Source: a virus. From it: DNA of 64,000 bases. Below, piece after piece: positions 18,801 to 29,133 of the stretch (the first letter of the stretch is position 1; every line of letters starts with the position of its first letter). The stretch spans positions 4,253-68,252 of the IMG/VR virus record IMGVR_UViG_3300021255_002126; one strand, written 5' to 3'. The position numbers were made by a program, and so were the translations under genes. The notes beneath the pieces were generated by a model. The model did no database searches, was not told where the DNA came from, and saw only the letters and a list, made by a program, of their open reading frames with translations.

Positions 18801-21047
18801 CTTGTATCTTCGAGCGTACCATTTGTCAACTATCTCATTGCCTTTCGCATCGAATTTCTTAACCAATGCAAGTGTGTTGCCCGCAGGACTCTCAATCCTG
18901 TTGCCTGCCGAATGTTCTATCTTGCGTATCTCCAACGACGCAAAGAATGCCTTAACTCTTGCCGTGAAGTAGTCGGTAATGACATGGCTCTTACCCTCGT
19001 CGTCTTCCCACACCTTAAAGCCTTTGTCCGACACGATGTCCGTACCACTATATGATGGTGTCTGCGCACTATTCATAGACACATCATTCATCGTGGCATC
19101 ATTCAACGTGGCGTTGCCTTGCTCGTCTATGCCGTGAGTGCCGTCGCCAACAAACAGCCCTTTAACAAAAGTGATTACGCCTTGCGCGAAGTCCGCAACA
19201 ACTTTCGACAAGAAGAACTTGCTACCGAAACGTTTAACGAGATTGCTGAACTGGCTCTCGGTATATCCACCGCCCTCGCCACCACCTGCGGTAATGATAG
19301 TCTCTATCTGTTCCTTCATGGTGGTCATCGTGCCTTTCACTTTCTCGTTGCCTACGGTAATCTCCACCTCGCAAGGGAAATCGAGGTTAGTGACAAGTTT
19401 AATGATATGCGACTGGTACTCGTATGCCGTGCCACCATTAAGGTCTTGTCCGTCGTTGTAAACTGCTGTCTGCCCAAGATGCAATGTCGGTGGGTTCTGC
19501 TCGAATGCCACAGGGTTGCTCTTAAAGGTGTAGTTGTTTAGGTCGGAACGCAAACGGTTCTTTTCTTTTGTAGCGGCTGTCAGCAGTCTTTCCCTTGCGA
19601 CGCGCATCTCATCATCACCGATAGCAATGTTAAAGAGGCTTATGATGTTGTTCTCCGCTGACGGGGTAGCAGCACCTTTCGGCACAAGCCCCATAGGAGA
19701 GGTGGTCGGTATTATCAGTTCCCCTTCCTCGGCGAACACGATACGATAGTCTCCTGGTTGCGCCGTGAAGCCATCGGGGTTGATGTCGTCTTGCTCTTTC
19801 TCCCTTGTCTCTTGCTTAAAGAACACAAGTTCAAACTCACGTCCTGCAAGTGGAGAGGTGTATGTATGGCTTTCCTCATTTGCTTGGAACTCAAGGGATA
19901 GTGTCTCGCCACTTATTATTTGGTCGTCTTGCACAAGGTAGTCCTCCCACCCTGTAATCTCGCCTAACTCGTTCTTTACCGGCGAAGCAAGACGGATATA
20001 CCACTTAGAGTAATACTTGTACTTCTTACCATCAGCAGGGTCGAGTTTTCCGTTTACCTCGTCCTCTGTGCGGTTGCCGTCTTCATCAAGCAGCCAGCAC
20101 TCACGCTCTCTTGGGTTATAGAGGTAAAGGTCGATGCGAGGATAGATGTTATCAAGCACTAACTCCTTTGTCAGTTGCGGTATGCCGAGAGCAAGGAACT
20201 GTTCTCTTGTTATCACATTACCGCTATTGTCGGTGTAGAGTATGCTGTCGGGATATGTTGTCGGGTCAAGGTCAAGGCGACGGAACACTTGCATGTTTCC
20301 CGACTCCGTAGGCTGTGACAAGTTGCGTGTCGAGCCATGTACGAGGAAAGCATTATAATAGTCCTCTTTGGTGTTCGATACACTTGCTACCTGTACGTTG
20401 TCACCTACCTTAAACGTAACACTGTCCCCATACGATACAGTACCGAAACGGAACGTCTTTTCCGCATAGTCGAAATGGAACTCACAGTCAAACTTGTTTG
20501 CCATTTCCGATGCAGCACCGAAGATACTCAACGATGAGAAGTTGCACGTTGCCGATGCTGCGAGGTCGTCACTTACAACAGCCGTCCACCCGTCATCAAA
20601 CACCTCACCGATAGCAGGGTCAACGGTAGAGAGCCAGTTGATGCACTCCACAAGACGTGCCGCTATTGTCGAAGCACTACCTGTGTAAGTCCAATCGGTG
20701 TCCTTTGTTGCCGTTTCCCATGATGACGTGTCACCGCTTACATGGATAAAAGGTATCTTCGTAAGCCACATCACAGGGTGTTGGAACTGAGGGGAGTATG
20801 TGAATGAAGCCTCGTTCTTCTGCTCTGGCGTGTACGGGTCGAGAAGCATGTACTTCACCCCGTCAAGAACGATGTATGCCCCGACAGGCAAGGTGTATTT
20901 CCTTGTGTCATTCCACGACACCGCCACGAAGTCGGATTTCATCATCTCCTGTTCGTGTGTCGGAATGCCGTTAAAGTCAAGGTTCTCGCCGTCAAAGACT
21001 ACGAGTGCGCTTCCGTTGGGGTTGTATATGGTGTTTTGTTCAAACAT
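15813..21047 (-). CDS. Tail tip / baseplate hub-fibre protein
   Basis: 1744 aa, follows distal tail gene; Bacteroidetes phage tail motifs (LMKSDFV-like, GSTRNL, DNIYPR). Confidence 0.85.
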   Translation of the reverse strand: MFEQNTIYNPNGSALVVFDGENLDFNGIPTHEQEMMKSDFVAVSWNDTRKYTLPVGAYIVLDGVKYMLLDPYTPEQKNEASFTYSPQFQHPVMWLTKIPFIHVSGDTSSWETATKDTDWTYTGSASTIAARLVECINWLSTVDPAIGEVFDDGWTAVVSDDLAASATCNFSSLSIFGAASEMANKFDCEFHFDYAEKTFRFGTVSYGDSVTFKVGDNVQVASVSNTKEDYYNAFLVHGSTRNLSQPTESGNMQVFRRLDLDPTTYPDSILYTDNSGNVITREQFLALGIPQLTKELVLDNIYPRIDLYLYNPRERECWLLDEDGNRTEDEVNGKLDPADGKKYKYYSKWYIRLASPVKNELGEITGWEDYLVQDDQIISGETLSLEFQANEESHTYTSPLAGREFELVFFKQETREKEQDDINPDGFTAQPGDYRIVFAEEGELIIPTTSPMGLVPKGAATPSAENNIISLFNIAIGDDEMRVARERLLTAATKEKNRLRSDLNNYTFKSNPVAFEQNPPTLHLGQTAVYNDGQDLNGGTAYEYQSHIIKLVTNLDFPCEVEITVGNEKVKGTMTTMKEQIETIITAGGGEGGGYTESQFSNLVKRFGSKFFLSKVVADFAQGVITFVKGLFVGDGTHGIDEQGNATLNDATMNDVSMNSAQTPSYSGTDIVSDKGFKVWEDDEGKSHVITDYFTARVKAFFASLEIRKIEHSAGNRIESPAGNTLALVKKFDAKGNEIVDKWYARRYKFAGVNLALKLVHLTGQFFGVWQEDPDAKVAYYRCYWTAEDKEEKKAVVNNWKVGDQAFCQTFNLRTHDKDGHTMSGYTSNKRYWRIVEATGYETIEGTEYAYIDLSNTLWLNLTADGVSKTCKGYETNGGQNFNDAPEAGDDVACLGNQIIPEERGGALQYITYDPNASDPQSLGVPCVKMYSGIGSDTDYPFDLERYVIQKQSPKGVYMRADKFEILSASGTGSSTLTCERGAWDSNQTYGRGDIVQHHGSTWRCVVAVGTTIKGIDYEPSEGSAYWQVYARRGMGAPQAELDSANAVVSANYEGKISNISQVTGLPTTVEVYVEGNQIPTSDWDLANSYIKWKGKTHVLNGSLSLDEYGVVLYSITINTGNIETVWEYRPETRLTPSGTETTHPVINPTDFIAHIEFTYNGETQSADTSAPMIVQKSAANVVAQYSTDNSSWHSALAATDIYVRYSYDGGTTWTQGTRFVGKSIEFDRGQWHFADYGTMWNVLTLSMTAPKFVGYYLCDTDASGTQVATLWHWNGKDVLTNVPITAELNYLATDYATTEAGHLWNADNTSTSWTDMGKIQGADGVDGISVTLDPATVIFEQDENNTSTINGLPFVSTIRVWKGTTVLQPSDYSVGYDSSKQDGHCDFNVSGNIVTITALNIDSTTKAPYTSGKVVITVTYNGTPIDLVINWAANLLGTWKMTVKGDVMQEVSKKTVSYTNDDGTVTTEQWQSAIEQSSQRISLSAKKDDLETAGIHLDGENSRIDLLADQTQFLRSIDRLPFIKIGVDEDNMPYLIFMMPDGVTEAYNLGYKGLVSLIDEGVKASFSNEVRLVLLGFVDDYLEEGVPCEDLYNGCTDPLSQYFYRYNQTRMKQANGTYVLVPATPNYDGMYYNGNTIDESNPNRFPVSTLQTLDDISGALENDITLWVGFRTRLDGWDDTSEPIARMPMINYTATCVLYWVQNSRVIRSEQIAVTRNKTNKSSDNVYFITNSDGSTKDHYIIS

Positions 21048-21050
21048 ATT

Positions 21051-21527
21051 CTAATCTCTATCTGAAGGGTCTGGCTCATTAACTTTAAGACTAAATACAG
21101 CCATCTCACCTCTAAACTGTGTTAGTTGGGTACATGACTGATAAGTGAACTTATACGTAGCATCTGAAATCCATGATGTCCTAATGTCGAAATATCCCGC
21201 CTGTAACACCTCAGCACGAAAAGAGTTGTACTTCGACTCAAAATCTTCCTTGCTCGAAGCAACAATATGAAAGGGTAGGGTATAGTCCATCTCATCCATG
21301 CGTGCTGTTGTCCTCAACACCTGTTTGCCATGACGGAGACGGTTCTTATTCTCCACCAACTCCTTCATGGTAGGGAGTGTCCTTAATGCTGATATGGCAC
21401 CGTCCTCGAAACTCACACCATAGCGAACAAAGGCATCATACCATGTCTGCCCATTAGCCACTCTTCCTAAAACGACATCCGTTTGCGGTACTTCCGCTAA
21501 CTTTATGAATAACTCTCCTGCCGGCAT
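21051..21527 (-). CDS. Distal tail protein
   Basis: Follows tape measure; ends EPDPSDR. Confidence 0.7.
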   Translation of the reverse strand: MPAGELFIKLAEVPQTDVVLGRVANGQTWYDAFVRYGVSFEDGAISALRTLPTMKELVENKNRLRHGKQVLRTTARMDEMDYTLPFHIVASSKEDFESKYNSFRAEVLQAGYFDIRTSWISDATYKFTYQSCTQLTQFRGEMAVFSLKVNEPDPSDRD

Positions 21528-21530
21528 ATC

Positions 21531-24500
21531 TTATAACCTTTCTTCCGTTACTCTTACTAACTTATTTAACTGAACATCAAACTGAGAGACGGCCTTGGAA
21601 TACTTGGCAATATCCTCCAAGAATCCATTAGATGTAATCATCATGTCTCGTATCTCGAGAAGCACAGCATTCCTTTGAGTCGATGCGCTTGTGAGGGTGT
21701 TGAGGTTGGACAGCGAAGCAATGATGTTCCATGCCATGTTGTCTCGTTGAACATTGCCTTGCTCTACCGCAATCTGAACTGCCGTAATACGACCTATGAT
21801 TTGGTCTGCTTGGTCTTGAGTGATATTTTGAATACCTTGAGACGTAGCGGACTGGTCTTTCATTATGGCATCATAGTCCATGAGGTCAACATATCTGTCT
21901 CTCTCCTGTATGAGCAAATCACGTTTCTTAACCGCCTCTTCCCTCAATGCCTCTAACTCGTTCGTATTGTTATTCTTAACCGCCTCGGCATATTTCTTCT
22001 GCCAATTTTGAAGCCATGCGTCAAACTCATCATTCAATACAAGGGAGTTCATCACCGCCTTGAACATCATCTCTTCAAAAGACTTGGCAAAGTCCTCGCT
22101 ACTGCTTTCCATGTCGGTTAACGCATCAAGGAAACTGTCTCTAAGGCTGTCAAATGAAGTCTGCGTGAGGTTGTTGTTTATCTGCTCGGTAAGTTCTTCT
22201 GTTCTTCCCGCTTGCTCTACAACTTGCTCCCAATACTCAGATTTGTCATACTTACCTACTTCGGTAAGATAACTCCACAACTGCGGTGCAAAGTCCTTGA
22301 TTGCCTTCAACTCTTCTGGTGTCAAGCCGTAAATGCTTTCCAAGCCATTGATGTTGAAATTATATCCCGCTCTTGACAGAGTGCTTCTGGAATTTCCGAA
22401 TAACTCTCGTATCTCTCTATCACTTGCATAATAACTATTAGAATGGTGTGAACTATGGTAACCCATCTGCGCACGAAGAATCTCCATGTTATTCTTCTGC
22501 AATTCTTTCTGCGCTTCTAAAGCAGCCTCGTAAGCACTGATTGCCTTTTGACCTGCTGAGTTACCTATCACTTCGGTAAGGTCTGAGATACGGTCTGCCA
22601 ACACCTCATTTGCCTTCGTTAAACGTTCTGTGGTCTCCGCTACCTCTTTCTCATTACCTCCACCGATTCCAAGCATGCGACCAAAATTCTTGACTGCACT
22701 TATGCCTTTCACAGCGGCACCTATATAGTTTCCTGAAGCAAAATCTGCTGCGGCACCTGCTGCATCGTTGAATCCAGCGAGTCCTTGTGATGCTTTCTCT
22801 CCGGCCTTGCCGAGACCTAAAGAGTTTAAGAGGTCAGGTATCTGGTCAATGCCTTTCTCCGTGATGAATTGCTGGGCATCGGCAAACCAATCTGCTACCG
22901 CTTGTGCAGACTTGCGCTTGCTTGCGTCTTCTGCGTTCTTGGCCTTGTTTGTGGCTTTCTCAGTCTCTCTTCTCGCTTTTGCAAGATTACCTTCCCCTAC
23001 ACGCAAGATAGTGAGGAGTTCTGACATGCGCTTATACTCTTCCGAATTCTTGTCAAAGGTCGAAAGCAGTTCATCGTCGATGTCGGTGTCCCTATCCATG
23101 CCTACACTCGCAAGTATATCACGGATTTGCTCTGTCGCATCAAGCACCTCCTTCTGTGCATCCTCTTCGTCTTTCTTTGCTTTAGTAAGTGCATCTCGTG
23201 CGTCGTCTGCTTCCTGCACGAGGCGTGTGTGCTCCCGTGCCCTGTCGCCTTGGAACTGGAACAATCCGTTCTGCTTGCTTATCTCGGTGTTGATGTCACG
23301 GAGTTTCTCCTGGACTACCGACATCTGCTCTGGGGTAAGTGTTCCTTCGTTAAGCACTCCCTGTAACTGGTCGCGAAGGCCCACAAGATATTCCTTTGTA
23401 TGGCCTTCAAGGTCAGAGAATATCCCAGCCCAATCTATCTCCTCCTCAAACTGCTTCGCATCGAAATCTTTTAATGCTTGGTTACGTTCAAGCATCAATG
23501 CCGCACGTTCGGTAGGAGACATCGCATCCAATATCTTTTGCTCATACTCTTGAGTGATAGCGAGTCTTTGTTGCTCTATGCTTCCATACTCTTTGAGGTA
23601 GTCACGCATGACACTTTGACTTTCAAGGTATCTCTTCTTGATAATTCTATCATACTCGAGGTTTTCCTTGTCAATCTGAGCATTGATTATTGATTGCTGT
23701 TCAACCGACAACTGAATGCTATCCCATCCTTTCTTTCCTTCTTCCGTAAGTTCGTAAGGACTATTCTTGTGAGAATTTTCCCATACAGTCTTATTGTGCT
23801 GATAAATTGCCTTGCGCATTTCCTCCGCTTGCAATTCTATCTGGCGAATATTGCGTCTGTGTTGCTCATCTTGCTCTGCTCTTTCTCGCTCTCCTTCATC
23901 CTGAATTGCTGCGATGTTGGCATCTATTCGAGCATCCTCAGCCTCACGTTGGATTTTGGCAAGTTCTTCTTGGTATCTTCTCTCCTCCTGGATTTGCTTT
24001 ACAAGTTGGGAGTTTTTGTCGTTTGCGGAACCACTCCTTCCTCCTCCGCTACCTTTAGATGATTTCTTTCCCGACTTACCAGAAACATCGCCACCTACTT
24101 CCTTGAAGGCGTCGGAAGCAGTCTTAAATTCCGATGTAGCAGCGACATACTCCTCCTTGGTATACTTCGCCCTGTTTTTTTCAATGTCCGAGAGTTTCTT
24201 TTGGGCGGCAAGATAACGTGCCTGTGCCGAATCGTAATCTTGTTGCAAATTCGTTGCGCCACCCTCCGCTGTCTTGCCGAAAAGTCGCTGGAGGGAATTA
24301 TTCATCTTTGTCCAAGTGCTGAGGAAACTCTGGTAGTCCATCTTGAAGCGCAATGGTATGGTGGTGGTCCCCGTCTTATCCATCTCCGACTTCATGCTTA
24401 TGATGTTGTCGTAGATTTTCTGCTTCTCCTGATATTCCATCTGCAGACGGACATCCATAGGGTTGTCCTCTATTTGACGGCGCAAATCATCTAAATCTTG

Positions 24501-26717
24501 CTCTGTGGTTTGAATAAACTCTTCTACGTTGCTCTTGCCAGTTGCAAAGTTTATACTGTCGTTTGCCTCTTGCCAATGCTCAACGAGGTCCATAGCCTCT
24601 TCGTAGAAACTCTTGATGTTTGACATGGCGTCAACATTCTCTTGAGCCTCCTTTATGCGTATCTCGATAGGCCTTGACTCCTCTATGGCTTGTTCTCTCG
24701 CTTCCTCCATTTCAGCGAGTTTGTCTTGGTAGATTTTCAATTCCTCTTCCCAGACATGAAGTTGCTTATAAGCCATTTCCGAAATAGCAGCCGCACCTTG
24801 ACCAGGCTCTGCGTTCTTCAACGATTCTTGGAGAGTCTTGTCAAAGCCATCGATGTTCTTCTGAAGTTCTGCAATGTTCTTCTTAACATCATTGACCTCC
24901 ATGTCTTCAAGTGACTCGTTGAACTTCGCTTGGCTCTCTGCCGCTTTCATGGATGCGAGTTCCTGCCGACTATATTCCTCCGTGATTTGAGGGGCGATTT
25001 CCTTCAATCGGTTGTAAGCCCTAACCTTCTCGTACTCGCTTGCTGTCTCATCTTGTATAGTACGGACAAGTTTATCTATCTCATCCCTACGCTCACCGAG
25101 TTTCTTGTCCTGTTCCTCCATTGCTTCGTTGGCTTTCCTTACCGCTCTCTCATGTTCTGATTCTGCGGTTACCAACTTATATACAGCATAGGTCAAACCT
25201 ACTATTGCAGCGGCAGCCCAAAAATATGGAGATGCAAGGAACGAGGCATTTACCGCATCGATCGCCTTCTTTAACGCAATCTTTGCCTGAGTAAGGATTC
25301 CCGTAGATGTGGTATCGCCGACATTTGCCGCTGTCTCTATCTGTGTTGCTACAGTGTTCTTTTCCTTGGCGGCGGCTTCTAATTCGGTGTTGGCAACATT
25401 CACTTTCTTGGCCGCTGAATTGTAGGTTGATGATGCGGTGTTCAACTGAATCTCTGCCGTATTAAGTTCTTCGGCTGCCGTCTCAATCTTCTTCGCATCC
25501 CCGAGGGCCAATGCTTGGTCATAGGCTTGCTGCATTGCATCATATTGTTCCTGGGCCGCTTCGAGGTCGAGACCTGCTTGTGCTGCTTCCGTAGTTGCAG
25601 CGTCAAAGGCCGCCTTTGCTTCTGCTTCTTTTGCCGTAAGCAACTGCAAATGCGCTTGGGCCTCTTCTCGCAAGATGGCTATCTGCTCTGCTTTCTCCGC
25701 CGTCAGCCTTCCGCTCGCAACCGCTTGTTCCAAATCACCCTGTGCCGCCTGCTCCTTCAAGGGTATAACACTTTGCAATGCCGCAATCTCCGCATCATAG
25801 GCTATATTGGTCGCTGCATTGTTGTAAGCAGACATCGCCATGAGGGTGGCCTTGTAAATACCATAGGCCTCTGCAGCCGCAAGGATTGCCTGACCGACCG
25901 TCTCCCAATTCTCAACGAGCAATGAGACTCCAGAAAGACCTGCATTGATAGCCCCCTCCGAACTCTTTCCAATCTCGTTGAACATCTCATCGATGGCATC
26001 TTCAATGTTGGAGATTTGACCTGTGATACTTGCAGACTGCCTGGCCATAAGACCACCAAACTTGCTTCCTTCATCAGTCATAGACCAAATGGCCTTCTTA
26101 ACTGCTTCGGCACTTACCTTACCGGCGGTAACGAGACCAGCAACCTCGTCCTTCGTAACACCGAATTGTTTCGCCAATTCTTCAGCCATTGGAATACCTC
26201 GACCCATGAACTGTCTCAAGTCCATAGTGAACATCCGGCCCTGTGTCATGGTCGTTCCGAACAGATATACCAAGTCGCCAAGAGGGATTGAAAGTCCGGC
26301 TGCTATGTCGCCAAGTCTCGTTATCGTCTCATTGATATCCTCTGCAGCCGTACCGTAGGCAAGCAACTGCTTTGCCCCCTCTGCCACACCTTTCAAGTCG
26401 AATGGCGTCTTTGCAGCCGTATCGACAAGTTGCTTCATGAGAGCATTCGCCTTTTCTTCCGACTGGAGCATGGTAGAAAATGCTATCTCTAACTGTTGGA
26501 ACTGGCCCCTGACACTCATAATTGTACTCACGAACCTCTTAGCCATGTCCGCAGAGAAAGCAATACCTGCAGCCTCACCGATGCGCTTGAACATATCCTC
26601 AATGCCCATGCCCTGCTGCTCTACCTCTCTTGCGGTGCGCCTGACGCCCTCTCTTACCCCGTCAAAAGATGAGAGTACGTTCCTATTGTCGCCCGTTATC
26701 TCAAACTTCAGTGCCAT
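21531..26717 (-). CDS. Tape measure protein
   Basis: 1728 aa helical; AAKTPFDL...AKQLLAYG tape-measure domain. Confidence 0.93.
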   Translation of the reverse strand: MALKFEITGDNRNVLSSFDGVREGVRRTAREVEQQGMGIEDMFKRIGEAAGIAFSADMAKRFVSTIMSVRGQFQQLEIAFSTMLQSEEKANALMKQLVDTAAKTPFDLKGVAEGAKQLLAYGTAAEDINETITRLGDIAAGLSIPLGDLVYLFGTTMTQGRMFTMDLRQFMGRGIPMAEELAKQFGVTKDEVAGLVTAGKVSAEAVKKAIWSMTDEGSKFGGLMARQSASITGQISNIEDAIDEMFNEIGKSSEGAINAGLSGVSLLVENWETVGQAILAAAEAYGIYKATLMAMSAYNNAATNIAYDAEIAALQSVIPLKEQAAQGDLEQAVASGRLTAEKAEQIAILREEAQAHLQLLTAKEAEAKAAFDAATTEAAQAGLDLEAAQEQYDAMQQAYDQALALGDAKKIETAAEELNTAEIQLNTASSTYNSAAKKVNVANTELEAAAKEKNTVATQIETAANVGDTTSTGILTQAKIALKKAIDAVNASFLASPYFWAAAAIVGLTYAVYKLVTAESEHERAVRKANEAMEEQDKKLGERRDEIDKLVRTIQDETASEYEKVRAYNRLKEIAPQITEEYSRQELASMKAAESQAKFNESLEDMEVNDVKKNIAELQKNIDGFDKTLQESLKNAEPGQGAAAISEMAYKQLHVWEEELKIYQDKLAEMEEAREQAIEESRPIEIRIKEAQENVDAMSNIKSFYEEAMDLVEHWQEANDSINFATGKSNVEEFIQTTEQDLDDLRRQIEDNPMDVRLQMEYQEKQKIYDNIISMKSEMDKTGTTTIPLRFKMDYQSFLSTWTKMNNSLQRLFGKTAEGGATNLQQDYDSAQARYLAAQKKLSDIEKNRAKYTKEEYVAATSEFKTASDAFKEVGGDVSGKSGKKSSKGSGGGRSGSANDKNSQLVKQIQEERRYQEELAKIQREAEDARIDANIAAIQDEGERERAEQDEQHRRNIRQIELQAEEMRKAIYQHNKTVWENSHKNSPYELTEEGKKGWDSIQLSVEQQSIINAQIDKENLEYDRIIKKRYLESQSVMRDYLKEYGSIEQQRLAITQEYEQKILDAMSPTERAALMLERNQALKDFDAKQFEEEIDWAGIFSDLEGHTKEYLVGLRDQLQGVLNEGTLTPEQMSVVQEKLRDINTEISKQNGLFQFQGDRAREHTRLVQEADDARDALTKAKKDEEDAQKEVLDATEQIRDILASVGMDRDTDIDDELLSTFDKNSEEYKRMSELLTILRVGEGNLAKARRETEKATNKAKNAEDASKRKSAQAVADWFADAQQFITEKGIDQIPDLLNSLGLGKAGEKASQGLAGFNDAAGAAADFASGNYIGAAVKGISAVKNFGRMLGIGGGNEKEVAETTERLTKANEVLADRISDLTEVIGNSAGQKAISAYEAALEAQKELQKNNMEILRAQMGYHSSHHSNSYYASDREIRELFGNSRSTLSRAGYNFNINGLESIYGLTPEELKAIKDFAPQLWSYLTEVGKYDKSEYWEQVVEQAGRTEELTEQINNNLTQTSFDSLRDSFLDALTDMESSSEDFAKSFEEMMFKAVMNSLVLNDEFDAWLQNWQKKYAEAVKNNNTNELEALREEAVKKRDLLIQERDRYVDLMDYDAIMKDQSATSQGIQNITQDQADQIIGRITAVQIAVEQGNVQRDNMAWNIIASLSNLNTLTSASTQRNAVLLEIRDMMITSNGFLEDIAKYSKAVSQFDVQLNKLVRVTEERL

Positions 26718-26781
26718 ATCAAAGTGTCTGCTATATCGTTTATCCTCGCGCGTGCGCGTGGGTTGTTACCTTCGTTTATTT

Positions 26782-27522
26782 TCATCTCCAATCCATAGAG
26801 AGGATTCTCTCCATATTTGCCTTGTCGTCGGCCTTTATAGTGTCCTCACTATTTAGGAATCTACTTGGAACTTTCTTCTTCTCTTCGTCTGATAGATATA
26901 TGCTTTGCACCTTATCTGCAAGCATCAACTGTAAATTTATGACTGATATGCCCCATAGCACATAGTCGTAAGACCATCCATACCTTTCACATGCCGCATC
27001 GATTAGAGTCCCGTAGATTGTCATTCCTCCAAACTCGAAATCGTTTTGGCTTCCTTGCGCTTTTTTCTTCGCCTCCACAACTTTTCTCAATCTTTGATTC
27101 TCTTTCGTGATACCGAGATGCTTCTTGTATAACTCCACATTGTCCTTTGTGAGAATGAGTATTAACAATGTGGCAAGGTCTTCATCGGTCGCAAGGTCAT
27201 TGATTGTTTTCACTCTTTCCTCTACAAGAGAGTAGTCAAAGATGTCTCTTTTCTTCTTTAGAGTGTGGTAAGTAATAATACGGCACACATCCTCTCTCTG
27301 GTTCTTCACTATTCTGAGCGCTTCAAGATAAGGCTCTTTCTCAAAATTGCTCAAATTGAAATCGAGGTTGTCAGTATGCCTCTTTAAGACATGGAGTTTG
27401 CCGAGGGTTACTGGGTACAAATAAAAATGCCGCCCATCCTTGCCGTCTGCATTTAGTTCAAAGCAGTGCGGTTTCTCGATGAGGGCATCATCAATATTCA
27501 TATCCAAGTAGTTCTCTGCCAT
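26782..27522 (-). CDS. Tail assembly chaperone
   Basis: Between tail tube and tape measure genes. Confidence 0.7.
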   Translation of the reverse strand: MAENYLDMNIDDALIEKPHCFELNADGKDGRHFYLYPVTLGKLHVLKRHTDNLDFNLSNFEKEPYLEALRIVKNQREDVCRIITYHTLKKKRDIFDYSLVEERVKTINDLATDEDLATLLILILTKDNVELYKKHLGITKENQRLRKVVEAKKKAQGSQNDFEFGGMTIYGTLIDAACERYGWSYDYVLWGISVINLQLMLADKVQSIYLSDEEKKKVPSRFLNSEDTIKADDKANMERILSMDWR

Positions 27523-27538
27523 CTTCTTTCTTCTTTTG

Positions 27539-27611
27539 AGCGGAGAAATGGATTCGCACCATTGGCCTCTGTCATGGAACTGGCAGCGCTCTACTCCTGA
27601 GCTATCTCCGC
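27539..27611 (-). tRNA. Atypical tRNA-Gly(UCC)-like gene
   Basis: GCGGAGA/TCTCCGC acceptor with U73, GCTC/GAGC D stem, AATGG-TGCGAAT-CCATT T arm, irregular anticodon arm containing TTCCA. Confidence 0.7.
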
Positions 27612-27684
27612 ATGTGGCAATTCTCTCCTACCGAACTGCCAAGGGGTGTCTTTCCACTCGTCGTTTATGAAAGGAGGGTTTTGA

Positions 27685-28233
27685 CTAAGAAGCGAGGACA
27701 ACCACTTCTCCTGTGACTGTTGTCGCTGTGGACTGGTCTTCTGCGAGTTGAGTCTCAGTAAAGGTTATAGATGTTGTGCTTCCGCTTTCTGAAATCTCCA
27801 CAGTTCCCCACTTCACAGTATTTCCAGACGTCGCTGCTATAGCATCGTGCTGGATTGCCCAGATGGCACCGTCAGCCGCCGTGAAGGTATCATCAACGGT
27901 GACAGTCGTCTTCTCAATGTAGAAACCGACATTTTCCGAGTCTTCTGGTTGAAGAATGAAACCATAGTGCTTAGATGCTACGCCATTCTTGTTTGGAATA
28001 GGCACCGCACGATTCTTATACTTACGGATATTATACACAACAGCATACTCGCCATCCTTGTACTTTACCTCTTCGTTCTCACCGCCCTCAATAGGAGCCT
28101 CCATCTTGTCGCCCTTGGTGACTTGGAGTTCTGTGCTGTCCTCTACTGGAGTGTTCAACTCTTTCCATTTAGCACCTGTAGTATCGAGGTCTTTTACGAA
28201 AATTCGGGGTTTACCCCAAGAAAGATTACTCAT
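27685..28233 (-). CDS. Major tail tube protein
   Basis: LSWGKPRI...TPVEDSTEL motif; position in tail module. Confidence 0.75.
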   Translation of the reverse strand: MSNLSWGKPRIFVKDLDTTGAKWKELNTPVEDSTELQVTKGDKMEAPIEGGENEEVKYKDGEYAVVYNIRKYKNRAVPIPNKNGVASKHYGFILQPEDSENVGFYIEKTTVTVDDTFTAADGAIWAIQHDAIAATSGNTVKWGTVEISESGSTTSITFTETQLAEDQSTATTVTGEVVVLAS

Positions 28234-28234
28234 A

Positions 28235-28639
28235 TTAATTCTCGTTTATTTGTCTATAATTCAGTCTATTGTTAATTATATGTTCCTTCGTGCCTTCAAC
28301 TTCCATGACACGTTGGCTTTCGAGAGTGAATCGGAAGTCATCTCCGCTGCCGACTTCTAACACGTCAGATGCAATTTCACATAATTGTCTGAGGCGAATG
28401 GTTGCTTCCATGTTCTGACCATCACTTTTCTCATCATCTTGCACATATATGTTTACGTTCACTACCGCATCTTGCAGTTGACCATTCATATTGGCAATAA
28501 CCGAAATGACAATATCTTCCTTGTCCGAACCTTTCGGCCTTACACCCTGCTTGCATATCTTGCCTGTTACGGCAGATGCGAGAGGACTCTTCTTGATGAT
28601 TGCATACACATCATCCTTGATGAGAATGTCTGACTTCAT
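28235..28639 (-). CDS. Tail terminator / completion protein
   Basis: Position; VNVNIYVQD motif. Confidence 0.65.
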   Translation of the reverse strand: MKSDILIKDDVYAIIKKSPLASAVTGKICKQGVRPKGSDKEDIVISVIANMNGQLQDAVVNVNIYVQDDEKSDGQNMEATIRLRQLCEIASDVLEVGSGDDFRFTLESQRVMEVEGTKEHIINNRLNYRQINEN

Positions 28640-29133
28640 AACGATACTTCAAGTTTCTGAATCTCGTTTTCCGCTTCCTTGATTGCCTTCTGCAGATACT
28701 TGTTTACCTCCGCTTTGGCAAAAATCTCGGTTGATGCGAGAACGTCTTTCGACTCTATTGCCTCTACATATTCTGCATACTCCATAGCGGCTAACACCAC
28801 AAGTGCATAGGTGTCTGAGTATTGCGAAGCAAGTTCATCAACCATCTTTTTCCCTTTTTGGGGGCCTTCCCCTGCACCAAGGACTGGCTCAAATGCCGAC
28901 TCTACTTGCTTTTTGCCGTAGGAGTATATTGCATATCCTATCGAACTTCTTAGGTTTCCCGTTTGGTCGTACCAACTTTCAGCACCGCTTCTGTCTCTTA
29001 TTCGCCTAATGCAAAGCGAACCGAGATAGTTAAGATTATACTGAACCTTGTCGAAGATTATCTTCGCAGCCTGACGGAACAGTTCATCTATGGCTTTCGT
29101 TGATGTTACCAATCTTATGTCGCTCATACCCAC
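28636..29133 (-). CDS. Neck protein (HK97 gp10-like)
   Basis: DQTGNLRSSIG...MEYAEYVE motif. Confidence 0.75.
   Translation of the reverse strand: MGMSDIRLVTSTKAIDELFRQAAKIIFDKVQYNLNYLGSLCIRRIRDRSGAESWYDQTGNLRSSIGYAIYSYGKKQVESAFEPVLGAGEGPQKGKKMVDELASQYSDTYALVVLAAMEYAEYVEAIESKDVLASTEIFAKAEVNKYLQKAIKEAENEIQKLEVSL

Noticed and set aside
15813-21047. Second DGR target in the large tail protein
   Set aside because: No TR-like segment noticed by eye; a BLAST of TR would settle it
21675-26965. Many + strand ORFs opposite the tape measure and other genes
   Set aside because: Antisense shadows of real genes, with no promoters or recognisable motifs
27055-27075. Tail chaperone -1 frameshift site
   Set aside because: The A-run is not phased as A-AAA-AAG and the ORF already reads through as one protein
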